Position numbers and translations under genes: made by a program. Below are positions 36,215 to 45,576 of a stretch of DNA of 64,000 bases, one piece after another. This stretch comes from Candidatus Multivorans azotirespirans. GTDB taxonomy: Bacteria; Acidobacteriota; Thermoanaerobaculia; Multivoradales; Multivoraceae. How positions within the stretch are numbered: position 1 is the first letter of the stretch; the number at the start of each line of letters is the position of its first letter. The notes beneath the pieces are model-generated. The model was not told where the DNA came from, made no database searches, and was given only the letters and a program-made list of their open reading frames with translations. The stretch is taken from positions 21,577-85,576 of the forward strand of contig JAPVXD010000159.1 in assembly GCA_027493095.1 (NCBI GenBank). The letters are read 5' to 3'.

Positions 36215-37000
36215 TCAGGCGCCGACGAATCGCGGCGGGCGCCGCTCAGTCATGGCGCGGACTCCTTCCGCGAAGTCGGCGGTCTGCCTCAGGCGGTTCT
36301 GCTCCGCCTTTTCATGGTCGGTTGCGCCGCGGATTTCGGTCGCCAGCCGTCCCCGCATCATCTCCCGGATCGAACGCACCGCCAGCGGCGCCGAGATCGC
36401 GATCTCCCGGGCGAGCTCACGCGCACGCACACGAACCTGGTCCATTGGCACGAGGTCGTCGCAGAGGCCGATTCGGAGCGCTTCTTCGCCCTTGACCCGG
36501 CGGCCGGTGTAGAACATCTCCATCGCCCGCTGGCGGCCGACCAGCCGCGGCAGCGTCACGGTCAGGCCGAACCCCTGAACGAAGCCCAGGCGAGCAAAGT
36601 TGGCCGAGAAGCGGGCTTCGGGGCAGGCAACGCGAAAGTCGGGCATCAGTGCCAGTCCCAGGCCGCCGCCGACCGCCGCGCCCTGGACCGCGGCCACGAT
36701 CGGAGTCTTCGTGTCGAACAGGCGAACTGCCTCGTCGTAGAGATGGCGTTCACCACCGTCGCCGGTCGCGTCCCGCCGCGCGTTCAGGTTCGCGCCCGCG
36801 CAGAAGTGCTTGCCCTCGGAGCAGAGGACGGCCGCGCGGCAGTCGTCGCGCTCGTCGAGTTCCCCGATCAGATTCGCCAGTTCGCCGATCAGGTCGAGAT
36901 CGAAGAAGTTGTTCGGCGGCCGGTGAATCTCGATCTCGGCGACCAGGTCACCACCGACCGCTACCGTCACTTCGCCATTGCCCGGACTGCTATCGCTCAT
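36215..37000 (-). CDS. Enoyl-CoA hydratase/isomerase (crotonase) family protein
   Basis: HRPPNNFFD, FCAGANL and AAVQGAAVGGGLGLALMPDFR motifs. Confidence 0.88.
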   Translation of the reverse strand: MSDSSPGNGEVTVAVGGDLVAEIEIHRPPNNFFDLDLIGELANLIGELDERDDCRAAVLCSEGKHFCAGANLNARRDATGDGGERHLYDEAVRLFDTKTPIVAAVQGAAVGGGLGLALMPDFRVACPEARFSANFARLGFVQGFGLTVTLPRLVGRQRAMEMFYTGRRVKGEEALRIGLCDDLVPMDQVRVRARELAREIAISAPLAVRSIREMMRGRLATEIRGATDHEKAEQNRLRQTADFAEGVRAMTERRPPRFVGA

Positions 37001-37039
37001 CTCGCGCCTCGCTTCCTGGTTTTCTCGTGGCCGTGGACT

Positions 37040-38137
37040 CTATCGGCCCGGAACCGGCGCCGCAGTGCCCTGGCCCCGGTAGTCTCCGAACAGCATCTCG
37101 ACTCCGAAACGCAGGATCGGTACGGAGTCCCGGGGCACACCGGGTTCTTCGCGACGCCAGGCCAGGGCGGGACCGATCTCGAGGAAGAGCCACTCCCGGA
37201 GAATCTGCTGCCGGTAGATGAACCGCACGAAGTAGTTCTCGACCAGGACCGGCGCGCTCGTCTCGCCGTTGGCGCCGACCTGGTGCGCGAGGGCGCGGCG
37301 GCGGCCCAGCCGGTGGTAGTAGCTCAGCTCGCTGAACCAGTCGACTCCCCTGGTGATGTCCGAGAACTTCCCGGCGCCGCGCCATCTCAGCATGGAACCG
37401 GTCGGGAAGGCGTGCTCGTAGTCGATCCGGGTCGCCAGCCCCCAACCGTCTTCCCGCTCCCAGAACAACGTGTGCCGGAAGCGGACGAGGTCGGTTTCCG
37501 AAAGAAAGGAACGGTGCTTGTAGCGGGCGCGGACCCAGGGCTCGACCGGAAAGTTGAAGTTCATGCCGAGATCGAAGTCCAGGTCCCCGTTGCGGCCCGA
37601 GATCGGCCGGTAACCGAGTCCCACCAGCCACTCGTCGTCTTCCGGGTCGAACATCCGGGGCAGGGAGGTCGCGCCTCGTCGCTGGACGTCCTCCAGGACA
37701 TCCTCCCGGTCGTCGCGACCGACGAAGGCGTTGAGACGCCGCTCCATGTTCGGGAAGTGGAGGCGGGCGCGAAAGCTCAGCTCCTCCTCGAACCCGTAGT
37801 GCTCGTCCCAGACCACTCCGACGAGGGCGCGCCCGTAGGTCGCTTCCAGTTCCTCGTCGAGTCGGTAGTCGCCGAACAGGTGGTCGAACCACAGGGCCGT
37901 CTCACACGCGGTTCGGTGGAGGCGGCGGTTCAGCCAGTCGATCCACGAACGTCCCTCGAGGTACTCGGAGGCGCAGGGGTCGGTCTCTTCGTCGGCGGCC
38001 TCCGTCTCTTCGGCCTCGGTGCCGGCCCGCGGGTCGCCCTCCTGCTCCTGGGCGGCGGCGGCGGCGCAGATCAACAGACCGAGACAGACAAGCGTCGGCC
38101 AAGCGAGTGACGCGAACGGAGAGACACGTTGGTCCAT
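37040..38137 (-). CDS. Hypothetical outer-membrane beta-barrel candidate with an acidic N-terminal linker
   Basis: Signal peptide MDQRVSPFASLAWPTLVCLGLLICAAAAAQ, followed by an alternating aromatic/charged pattern and a C-terminal ...VEMLFGD. The longest ORF extends to 38206. The family is not recognised. Confidence 0.55.
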   Translation of the reverse strand: MDQRVSPFASLAWPTLVCLGLLICAAAAAQEQEGDPRAGTEAEETEAADEETDPCASEYLEGRSWIDWLNRRLHRTACETALWFDHLFGDYRLDEELEATYGRALVGVVWDEHYGFEEELSFRARLHFPNMERRLNAFVGRDDREDVLEDVQRRGATSLPRMFDPEDDEWLVGLGYRPISGRNGDLDFDLGMNFNFPVEPWVRARYKHRSFLSETDLVRFRHTLFWEREDGWGLATRIDYEHAFPTGSMLRWRGAGKFSDITRGVDWFSELSYYHRLGRRRALAHQVGANGETSAPVLVENYFVRFIYRQQILREWLFLEIGPALAWRREEPGVPRDSVPILRFGVEMLFGDYRGQGTAAPVPGR

Positions 38138-38276
38138 GGACTCTGGGGCACCCGGCGGCGGCGCCCGGACGCGATTTCGGCGCCGCCTCATCTTGGCACG
38201 GCTCACGAAATCCGCAGCTTCGCCGCCGGGGCCTGCGGAGGCCGTCGCGGCGCTAGGCTAGGGCTCCGGAGGAGCC

Positions 38277-39647
38277 GTGCGCGCACCCGTCGAGGACACC
38301 CACAGTCTGCCGCATAGCGAGGAGTCGGAGCGTGCGGTGCTGGCCGCGATCCTGCTCGACGCTGAGCGGCATCTGGCCCCCACCTCGAGCCGGCTGAGGC
38401 CCGAGGACTACTACTTCGAGCGGCACAGGCTGTTGTACGAAGCGATGCTGGCGCTTCAGGAGGCGGAGAGTCCCATCGACCTGCGTACGCTCCAGGCACG
38501 CCTGGAGCAACGCGGCGAGTTCGAGTCAGCCGGCGGCGTTGCGTACCTCGCCACGCTCGAGGTGGATCTGCCCGATCTCGGCCGGGTGGACGCCTACGTC
38601 GAGATCATCAAGGAACGCGCCCTGAGGCGACGCCTCCTCGACGCCTGCACGAAGATCTACAGCAAGGCTCTCGATGGCGGCCTGGAGGCCCAGGAGGCCC
38701 TGGCTGAAGCGGAGCGGCAGGTCCTCGACCTCAGCGACGATGCGGTCTCGCGTTCGTTCGTCTCGCTCGAGGAGATCTACGAAGCGACACTCGAGCAACT
38801 CGAACAACTCGGGGAGCGGGGAGCGGGCGAGCTAGCCGGCCTGCCAACCGGATTCGTCGACCTCGACCGGATGACGCACGGTCTCCAGCCGGGCAACCTG
38901 GTCATCGTCGCCGGCCGTCCCGGGATGGGAAAGACGAGCCTGGCGCTGAACATGGCAGTCCACGTAGCCCAGGACGAGAAGAAGGTCGCCGGCTTCTTCT
39001 CGCTCGAGATGAGCCAGCGCGAGATCGCCATGCGGGTGCTGTGCTCGCGGACGGACATCCCGTTTCACAAACTGCGAAGCGGCCGCCTGTCTGGTCCGGA
39101 CTGGAAGCGTCTCCTTCAGGCGAGGAAGGACAGCGAGAGCACGCGGCTGTTCGTCGACGACTCCGCCAATCCATCGCTGCTGGAGGTGGCCTCGAAGGCG
39201 CGTCGGCTCAAGGCGCAGGGCGGGCTCGCCCTGCTGGTAGTCGACTACCTCCAGTTGATGAACGCGGGTGGCCGTTACGAGAACCGAAACCTGGAGATCG
39301 GCGCCATCACCCGGGGACTGAAGCAACTGGCCAAGGAACTCGAAGTGCCGGTCGTGGCCCTGTCCCAGCTTTCGCGGTTGCCCGAACGACGGGGCAAGGA
39401 CCACCGTCCGCAGCTTGCCGACCTTCGCGAGTCGGGGAACATCGAACAGGACGCCGACATCGTCATGTTCGTCTACCGCGAGGAGGTCTATGAACCGGAC
39501 AATCTCGAGGTGGAAGGGATGGCCGAACTGATCATCGCCAAGCATCGGAACGGCGAGACCGGGTCCGTGCAGCTCGTCTTTCTCGGGGACACGACCACGT
39601 TCCGCAGCTACGACGGGTACCACGCGCCGCCGGAGGGGCCGAACTGA
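38277..39647 (+). CDS. dnaB: Replicative DNA helicase
   Basis: PHSEESERAVLAAILLD N-terminus, Walker A AGRPGMGKTSLALN, VDYLQLM, SQLSR and IIAKHRNGETG motifs. Confidence 0.96.
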   Translation: MRAPVEDTHSLPHSEESERAVLAAILLDAERHLAPTSSRLRPEDYYFERHRLLYEAMLALQEAESPIDLRTLQARLEQRGEFESAGGVAYLATLEVDLPDLGRVDAYVEIIKERALRRRLLDACTKIYSKALDGGLEAQEALAEAERQVLDLSDDAVSRSFVSLEEIYEATLEQLEQLGERGAGELAGLPTGFVDLDRMTHGLQPGNLVIVAGRPGMGKTSLALNMAVHVAQDEKKVAGFFSLEMSQREIAMRVLCSRTDIPFHKLRSGRLSGPDWKRLLQARKDSESTRLFVDDSANPSLLEVASKARRLKAQGGLALLVVDYLQLMNAGGRYENRNLEIGAITRGLKQLAKELEVPVVALSQLSRLPERRGKDHRPQLADLRESGNIEQDADIVMFVYREEVYEPDNLEVEGMAELIIAKHRNGETGSVQLVFLGDTTTFRSYDGYHAPPEGPN

Positions 39648-40804
39648 GTCTCAGCGCAGGCGCGCGGGTCGAGATCGATCTCGACGCCCTTGCAGTCAAC
39701 CTCCAGGCGGTGCGGCGGGCGGTAGGGCAGGCGGCCGTCTACGGAGTCGTCAAGGCGGACGCCTACGGGCACGGCGCGCCGGCGGTGGCTCTGGAACTCG
39801 AGAGGCTCGGAATCGACGGCCTGGCGGTGGCGCGCGCCGCCGAACTCGAGGAACTTCGCGAGGCGGGGTGTGGCGGCCGCCTCCTGCTGCTCGGCGGTCC
39901 GGAGTCGCCCGAGGATCTGGACCGCACCGTTCGCTGGACCGCGATGCCGGTGCTCACCCGCCTGGACCAACTGGCGGCCTGGCGCGGTTGGCTGCGCCGT
40001 AGCGGGGCGGGCCGCGAGCCGGCACTGGACGTCGTCGTCGAACTCGATACCGGCATGAGCCGCTCGGGCCTCCACCTGAGTGACTGGCCGGCTGCGTTGG
40101 ACGATGTGCGGGCCGCTTCCGAGTTCCGGCTTGCGGGCCTGATGTCGCACCTGGCCGAGTCCGAACTGGCCGCGAGCTCCTTTACCGGAGAGCAGGAACG
40201 CCGTTTCGCGGCCGCCGTCGAGTTGCTCGACCCGAGTGAGCGCCGTTCGGCTCCGGTGCACCTGGCGAACTCGTCGGCGGCGTTGCGGCGCGCCTCCGCA
40301 CGGTGGACCGCGGTGCGTGTTGGCGGCGCCCTCTACGGGCTCGACCTGGCGACACTGGTCGACGGTTCGACGGTGTCCGGACTCCGGCCGGTGATGAGCG
40401 TCAAGGCGCCGATCGTTGACGTGCGGCACGTACCGGCCGGGGCCGGCGTGGGCTACCGGCGCATGTGGCGAGCACCTGGCGAGGCCAGGATCGCTTTGGT
40501 TCGGGTCGGCTACGGAGACGGTTTCAGCACGGGACTCGGCGGCGGCGAAGTCCTCGTCCGGGCGGCGCGTTGCCCGATCGTGGGTCAGATCAGCATGGAC
40601 TCGCTGACCGTCGACGTGACCCGGGTTCCGGACGTCGCGATCGGCGATGAGTGCGTTCTCCTCGGAGAACAGCGGGAGCAGCGGATAGGCGTCGGCGAGC
40701 TGGCGGAACGCGCCGGCATCGCGGCCTACGAGGTCTGGTGCGGTCTGGGCCTCCGTCTGCCGCGCCGCGTGATCAATCGGGGCAACGGAGAAGTCGACAG
40801 CTAG
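39644..40804 (+). CDS. alr: Alanine racemase (start codon unresolved, possibly CTG at 39644)
   Basis: VVKADAYGHG is the PLP-lysine motif, and the downstream alr fold motifs are present. The conserved N-terminal segment RVEIDLDALAVNLQAV is encoded in frame upstream of the first GTG (39710). No ATG, GTG or TTG exists between the in-frame stop at 39491 and 39710. Confidence 0.85.
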   Translation: MSLSAGARVEIDLDALAVNLQAVRRAVGQAAVYGVVKADAYGHGAPAVALELERLGIDGLAVARAAELEELREAGCGGRLLLLGGPESPEDLDRTVRWTAMPVLTRLDQLAAWRGWLRRSGAGREPALDVVVELDTGMSRSGLHLSDWPAALDDVRAASEFRLAGLMSHLAESELAASSFTGEQERRFAAAVELLDPSERRSAPVHLANSSAALRRASARWTAVRVGGALYGLDLATLVDGSTVSGLRPVMSVKAPIVDVRHVPAGAGVGYRRMWRAPGEARIALVRVGYGDGFSTGLGGGEVLVRAARCPIVGQISMDSLTVDVTRVPDVAIGDECVLLGEQREQRIGVGELAERAGIAAYEVWCGLGLRLPRRVINRGNGEVDS

Positions 40805-41676
40805 AGGACCGGTTCCCGGCCGGTGACCCTGCGGAAGGCGTCGACATAGCGGTCCCGCGTCTCGTCGACGACCTCGGGCGTCAGTTCCGGCGGCGGAGAG
40901 GCCTTGTCCCAGCCGGTCCCGGCGACCCAGTCGCGGACCGGCTGCTTGTCGAACGAGACGGGTTCGGTGCCCGGGCTCCACTGGGCGGCGTCCCAGTAGC
41001 GCGATGAATCCGGAGTCAACACCTCGTCGATCAGGATCAGCCGGCCCTCGACGAGCCCGAACTCGAACTTCGTGTCGGCGAGAATGAGGCCACGGCTGGC
41101 CGCGAGCTCCCGACCCCGGTTGAAGAGCTCGAGGGTCACCCGTCGCAGGGTCGCCGCCATCTCGTCGCCGACGCCTTCGACGAGGGTCTCGTAGTCGATG
41201 TTCTCGTCGTGGCCTTCCTCGGCTTTCGTCGCCGGGGTGAAGATCGCCTTGTCGAGTTGCGCGGCCCGCACCAGCCCGGGCGGCAGGTCGTGGCCACAGG
41301 CGCGTCCCGTCTCCTGATACTCCCGGAACGCGCTACCGGCGAGGTAGGCCCTGGCCACGCACTCGTAGGGCACGACTTCCGCCTTCCTCACCAGGACCGA
41401 CCGGCCGTCCAGATAGCCGGCGTGCGGCTGGAGGCCGGCGGGGAAGCGGCGCACATCGGTCTCGATCAGGTGATTCGGGATGACGTCGCCGAGCCGCTCG
41501 AACCAGAAGTTCGTCAACTGGTTCAACACCTTGCCCTTGTCCGGAATCTCCGGGGACAGGACGAAGTCGTAGGCGGATACGCGATCGCTGGCCACCAGCA
41601 GTAGCCGGTCGCCGAGATCGTAGATGTCGCGAACCTTGCCGCGGCGGGGCTCCGGAAGACCTTCGAGGACGTTCAT
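40801..41676 (-). CDS. purC: Phosphoribosylaminoimidazole-succinocarboxamide synthase
   Basis: GKVRDIYD, LLVASDRVSAYD, ADTKFEFG and DEVLTPDSSRYW motifs. Confidence 0.95.
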   Translation of the reverse strand: MNVLEGLPEPRRGKVRDIYDLGDRLLLVASDRVSAYDFVLSPEIPDKGKVLNQLTNFWFERLGDVIPNHLIETDVRRFPAGLQPHAGYLDGRSVLVRKAEVVPYECVARAYLAGSAFREYQETGRACGHDLPPGLVRAAQLDKAIFTPATKAEEGHDENIDYETLVEGVGDEMAATLRRVTLELFNRGRELAASRGLILADTKFEFGLVEGRLILIDEVLTPDSSRYWDAAQWSPGTEPVSFDKQPVRDWVAGTGWDKASPPPELTPEVVDETRDRYVDAFRRVTGREPVL

Positions 41677-41781
41677 GGCGACGGGAATGTAGCATGGCGT
41701 TCACTGGCAGAAGGAGGCCGGGACGATGCGAACGGGAGGGCGAAAAGGAGCGGTCGCATTGCCTGTCGGAGTGCCTCCGGC

Positions 41782-43398
41782 TTGAAGTACGACATCGCGA
41801 CTCTCCGCGGCGATCTGTTCGGAGCGCTGACAGCCACCGTCGTTGCTTTGCCGGTCGCGCTGGCGCTCGGTGTCGCGTCGGGCATGGGAGCCGTGGCGGG
41901 CTTGCATGGCGCCATAGCCGTCGGGTTCTTCGCCGCGGTGTTCGGCGGCACGCGGTCCCAGATCTCGGGGCCCACGGCGCCCATGACCGTCGCCATGACG
42001 GTCATCCTCACGACCCATGCATCCAACCTCACGGAGGCGCTGACCGTCGTCGTCCTCGGCGGCCTGCTCCAGATGCTCCTGGGCCTGGCGAGGATCGGCC
42101 GCTTCGTCGTGTACACGCCCTACGTCGTCGTTTCCGGATTCATGTCCGGAATCGGCGTCATCGTCATCCTGATCCAGATCCTGCCGTTCCTCGGGGCGGC
42201 GCCCGCGGCGGGTGGAGCACTGGGCGCCGTCCGCGCCATTCCGGAGGCGGCCGCCGGGGCGAACCTGAACGCTGTCGCCATCGGCGCCGTCACTCTGGCG
42301 GCCGGCTTTCTGTGGCCCCGCCGGCTTTCGCGGTACCTTCCAGGGCCCCTGCTCGCCCTCGTTCTCGGCTCCGTCGTGGGCGTCCTGTGGTTGAGCGGCG
42401 CTCCGGCGCTCGGTCACGTGCCGACGGGTCTGCCGACACTCAAGATCGGTTTGCCGAGCGCGGGCTTCCTGCTGGAAGCGTTCCAGCCGGCCCTCATTCT
42501 CGCGTTACTGGGGTCGGTCGACAGCCTCCTGACATCCCTCGTGGCGGACTCGCTGACCGGAACACGCCACAACCCGAACCGCGAGCTGGTCGGCCAGGGC
42601 ATCGGCAACATGATCTCCGGCCTGGTCGGCGGCCTGCCCGGAGCCGGCGCCACGATGGGCACGGTCGTGAACATCCGTGCCGGCGGCTCGACACCCGTTT
42701 CCGGCTCCCTGCGGGCGATCTTCCTGCTGCTTCTCGCGCTGGGCCTCGGGCCGCTCGTCGAACCGATTCCCCACGCCGTTCTCGCGGCGATCATGATGAA
42801 GGTGGGCTGGGACATCATCGACTGGCCGCTGCTCGCACGCGTTCACCGGATTCGCCGGGAGCACCTCTTCGTCATGTTGTTGACCCTGGGTCTGACGGTC
42901 TTCGTCGATCTGGTCACCGCGGTCGCCGTGGGTCTGATCGCGGCGGGGATGGCGCACGCGCGGCGCCTGGAGGGGCTCGAACTCGACAGTGTGGTCTCTG
43001 TTCCGCTCCTCGACCGGACGTTCTTCAACGACGGCGAGGATCAAGCCAACGTCGACCCCTACTCGGCAAGGGTGGGTCTGGTGGCGCTCAAGGGGACCCT
43101 CACGGTCGCCTCCTCGAACAAGTTGTCGACGGTGATCGGCGGGGACATCAAGGACCACCAGGCCGTCATCTTCGACTTCTCGGACGCGGTCTACCTCGAC
43201 GACAGCGCGGCAATGGTGATCCAGCGGCTCCTGAACGTGGCGGCGGAAGAGGAGACTGGCGTCATCGTCTGCGGTCTTGAGGGTTCCGTCGCGAGGACGC
43301 TCCGGACGCTCGACATTCTCCGCGATCTTCCCCCGGATCGGCAGGTCGGCACGCTCGAGGAAGCGCGCCGCATCGCTCTCGAGCTGATCGACGGCTGA
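41782..43398 (+). CDS. SulP-family anion permease with C-terminal STAS domain
   Basis: DLFGALTATVVALPVALALGVASG N-terminus, polytopic core, and a C-terminal STAS-like segment (VIFDFSDAVYLDDSAAMVIQRL). TTG start. Confidence 0.88.
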   Translation: MKYDIATLRGDLFGALTATVVALPVALALGVASGMGAVAGLHGAIAVGFFAAVFGGTRSQISGPTAPMTVAMTVILTTHASNLTEALTVVVLGGLLQMLLGLARIGRFVVYTPYVVVSGFMSGIGVIVILIQILPFLGAAPAAGGALGAVRAIPEAAAGANLNAVAIGAVTLAAGFLWPRRLSRYLPGPLLALVLGSVVGVLWLSGAPALGHVPTGLPTLKIGLPSAGFLLEAFQPALILALLGSVDSLLTSLVADSLTGTRHNPNRELVGQGIGNMISGLVGGLPGAGATMGTVVNIRAGGSTPVSGSLRAIFLLLLALGLGPLVEPIPHAVLAAIMMKVGWDIIDWPLLARVHRIRREHLFVMLLTLGLTVFVDLVTAVAVGLIAAGMAHARRLEGLELDSVVSVPLLDRTFFNDGEDQANVDPYSARVGLVALKGTLTVASSNKLSTVIGGDIKDHQAVIFDFSDAVYLDDSAAMVIQRLLNVAAEEETGVIVCGLEGSVARTLRTLDILRDLPPDRQVGTLEEARRIALELIDG

Positions 43399-43506
43399 CG
43401 CTCGCCGAACGTCCTCCGGTGGAGCGTTCCGCAGGCCTCGCCCCGGCATCGCTTAGGCTTGCCCGCCCGGCGCGCCAGACCGGTGCTCCGGCACGATCCG
43501 GCGTAG

Positions 43507-43522
43507 GGTTGTTGAAACAACC
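43507..43522. promoter_or_regulatory. 16-bp perfect palindrome upstream of the TolC-family gene (candidate operator)
   Basis: GGTTGTT-GA-AACAACC, about 85 nt upstream of the ATG at 43608, in an otherwise unremarkable intergenic region. Confidence 0.3.
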
Positions 43523-43607
43523 TCGCGCCTCTCGCGTCAAAGAGGAAAGACACGACGCGCCGTACCCGTTGCGGTCAGGGTGCCGTCGAAGGAAGGAACA
43601 CAGCCCG

Positions 43608-45305
43608 ATGAACCTGTTCCCAATGCAGAGCGTCCGGAGATCCGCGGCGCCGATCATCGCTTTCTGCACTGTCCTCGCTCCGGCAGCGGTCTGGGGTCCC
43701 CCGGCGGCGGGACAGGTGCAGGTCGGTTCGACCTGGATCACCCAGCCGATCGCACCCGATCTGGAGATTGCCGATGGACAGCTCCAGCTCGAGCTGGACC
43801 AGGCGATCGCGATCGCCCTGCAGAACAACCTCGGACTGCTGGTCCAGCGCTATCAGCGCTCCCAGTCACTGTTCCAGGTCAACCAGGCGTACGGCATCTA
43901 CGACACGGTGCTCGGGATCAACACCAGCGTGAACAGCGACAGCCGGCCCTCGGCCTCGCAGCTCGACGGCGCCCTGGTCACCGAGAACGAGACGATGACC
44001 GCGAACGTCGAACTCCAGCAGCCGGTTTCCTCTGGCGGCAGCTTCTCGATCAACTGGCAGAACAGCCGGTTCGAATCGAACTCCCGGTTCTCGGACATCA
44101 ACCCGAGCCTGCGGTCCAGCCTGCAGTTCGCCTTCGACCAGCCGCTGCTGCGGAACCGCGGCAAAAGGATCACGGAGCGGAACCTGGCGGTCGCGGCGCT
44201 GAACAGCGACATCAGCATGGGCGACCTGGAAGTCCAGGTGATCGACACGGTGCAGACCGTGGCCAACGGCTACTGGGCCCTCGTCGAGGCTCTGGAGCAG
44301 TTGAAGGTGGCCGAGGAGAGTCTGGCCCTGGCCCGCGAGCTGCACGAGATGAACCGCATCCAGATCGAAGTGGGAACGCTGGCGCCGCTGGAACTCGTTC
44401 AGAGCGAGGCCGGCATCGCGACCCGCGAGGAAGAGATCATCCGGGCGCAGGCCCTGATCCAGGACGCGGCGGATGAACTGCGGCGGCTGCTGAACCTGGA
44501 CGAGCGTTCTCTCTGGGACCTGGAGATCGTGCCGACGACGTCTCCCGAGATCTCCCGGGTCGCGATCGACCTGGAGGCGTCGCTCAGTTCGGCGCTCAAC
44601 AAGCGGGTGGAGATCGATCGCCAGGAGTTGCAGATCGAGTCGCTGGAGATCGACTCCATCTTTCTGCGCAACCAGCGCAAGCCCGACCTGAACCTGAGCG
44701 TGAGTTACGGCCGGAACGCCCTGGGCGGTGACCGGACCGTCTGCGAGCGCCCCGGACCGCCCAGCATCGCGGATCTCTTCGAGCCTTGCCCGGAGGAGTT
44801 CATCCGGGTCGATTCGCTGGACTTCCTGTCGACGCTCGGCCAGTTCTACGACGGGATTCTGGGCCAGGTCTTCGAGGGCTGGACCGTCGGCCTGAACCTG
44901 TCGAAGCCGCTCCAGAACCGTTCGGCGCGGGCGCAGAGCCGGATCGCGGACCTGGCGCTCGACCAGGGCCGGCTGGAGCTCCAGGACCTGATGCTGACCA
45001 TCCGCACGGAGGTGCGGACGGCTGCCCGTGGCGTGGAGACCGCGGGCAAGCAGATCGACTCGGCCAGGGTGTCGAGGGAACTGGCGGAGAAGAACCTGGA
45101 CGCGGCCCAGAAGCGCTACGAGAACGGGCTATGGACCAGCTTCCAGGTCCTCGAAATCCAGGAGGACCTGACCGCGGCCCGTACCCGAGAAGTCGAGGCG
45201 ATCACGAACTACCGGCGTGCACTACTGGCCTACTTCCGCGCGATCGGCGTGCTGCTCGACCAGGAGGGCATCGAACTCGTCGACGACGCCGACGCCGATA
45301 GCTAG
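43608..45305 (+). CDS. TolC-family outer membrane efflux protein
   Basis: Signal peptide (MNLFPMQSVRRSAAPIIAFCTVLAPAAVWG). Two OEP repeats with typical coiled-coil heptads and conserved segments (LDQAIAIALQNN, LELVQSEAGIATRE, NYRRALLAYFRAIG). RBS GGAAGG lies upstream of the ATG at 43608. Confidence 0.88.
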   Translation: MNLFPMQSVRRSAAPIIAFCTVLAPAAVWGPPAAGQVQVGSTWITQPIAPDLEIADGQLQLELDQAIAIALQNNLGLLVQRYQRSQSLFQVNQAYGIYDTVLGINTSVNSDSRPSASQLDGALVTENETMTANVELQQPVSSGGSFSINWQNSRFESNSRFSDINPSLRSSLQFAFDQPLLRNRGKRITERNLAVAALNSDISMGDLEVQVIDTVQTVANGYWALVEALEQLKVAEESLALARELHEMNRIQIEVGTLAPLELVQSEAGIATREEEIIRAQALIQDAADELRRLLNLDERSLWDLEIVPTTSPEISRVAIDLEASLSSALNKRVEIDRQELQIESLEIDSIFLRNQRKPDLNLSVSYGRNALGGDRTVCERPGPPSIADLFEPCPEEFIRVDSLDFLSTLGQFYDGILGQVFEGWTVGLNLSKPLQNRSARAQSRIADLALDQGRLELQDLMLTIRTEVRTAARGVETAGKQIDSARVSRELAEKNLDAAQKRYENGLWTSFQVLEIQEDLTAARTREVEAITNYRRALLAYFRAIGVLLDQEGIELVDDADADS

Positions 45306-45308
45306 CAG

Positions 45309-45490
45309 TGGTGCCGGAGGTGGGAGTCGAACCCACACGCCCGATAAGGGCGCAGGGATGCTGCGAGTCCCCGCAGGGGACGCGTTCCGCGGGAGTCTGT
45401 GGTGCCGGAGGTGGGAGTCGAACCCACACGCCCGATAAGGGCGCAGGGATGCTGCGAGTCCCCGCAGGGGACGCGTCACGCGGGAAGCAG
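45309..45490 (-). pseudogene. Two tandem 91-nt tRNA-Leu-derived fragments (non-functional copies)
   Basis: Units at 45309-45399 and 45400-45490 each begin, in plus orientation, with the same 34 nt as the 3' end of the adjacent tRNA-Leu(CAA) (TGGTGCCGGAGGTGGGAGTCGAACCCACACGCCC). After that point they diverge. They lack a 5' acceptor strand able to pair with CTCCGGC. The anticodon arm is disrupted, with a 9-nt loop and a mismatched stem. Confidence 0.8.
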
Positions 45491-45576
45491 TGGTGCCGGA
45501 GGTGGGAGTCGAACCCACACGCCCTTGCGGGCGGGGGATTTTGAGTCCCCTGCGTCTGCCATTCCGCCACTCCGGC
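45491..45576 (-). tRNA. tRNA-Leu (anticodon CAA), class II
   Basis: The reverse complement reads GCCGGAGTGGCGGAATGGCAGACGC-AGGGGA-CTCAAAA-TCCCC..., with variable arm GCCCGCAAGGGC, T arm GTGGGTTCGACTCCCAC, acceptor CTCCGGC, then A-CCA. Confidence 0.93.

Noticed and set aside
45309-45576. Genomic island or prophage integrated at tRNA-Leu
   Set aside because: The tRNA fragments look like att-type scars. The flanking genes (tolC-like, carD, priA) are housekeeping, and no integrase, excisionase or foreign-looking DNA is present in the window. Only a remnant can be claimed.
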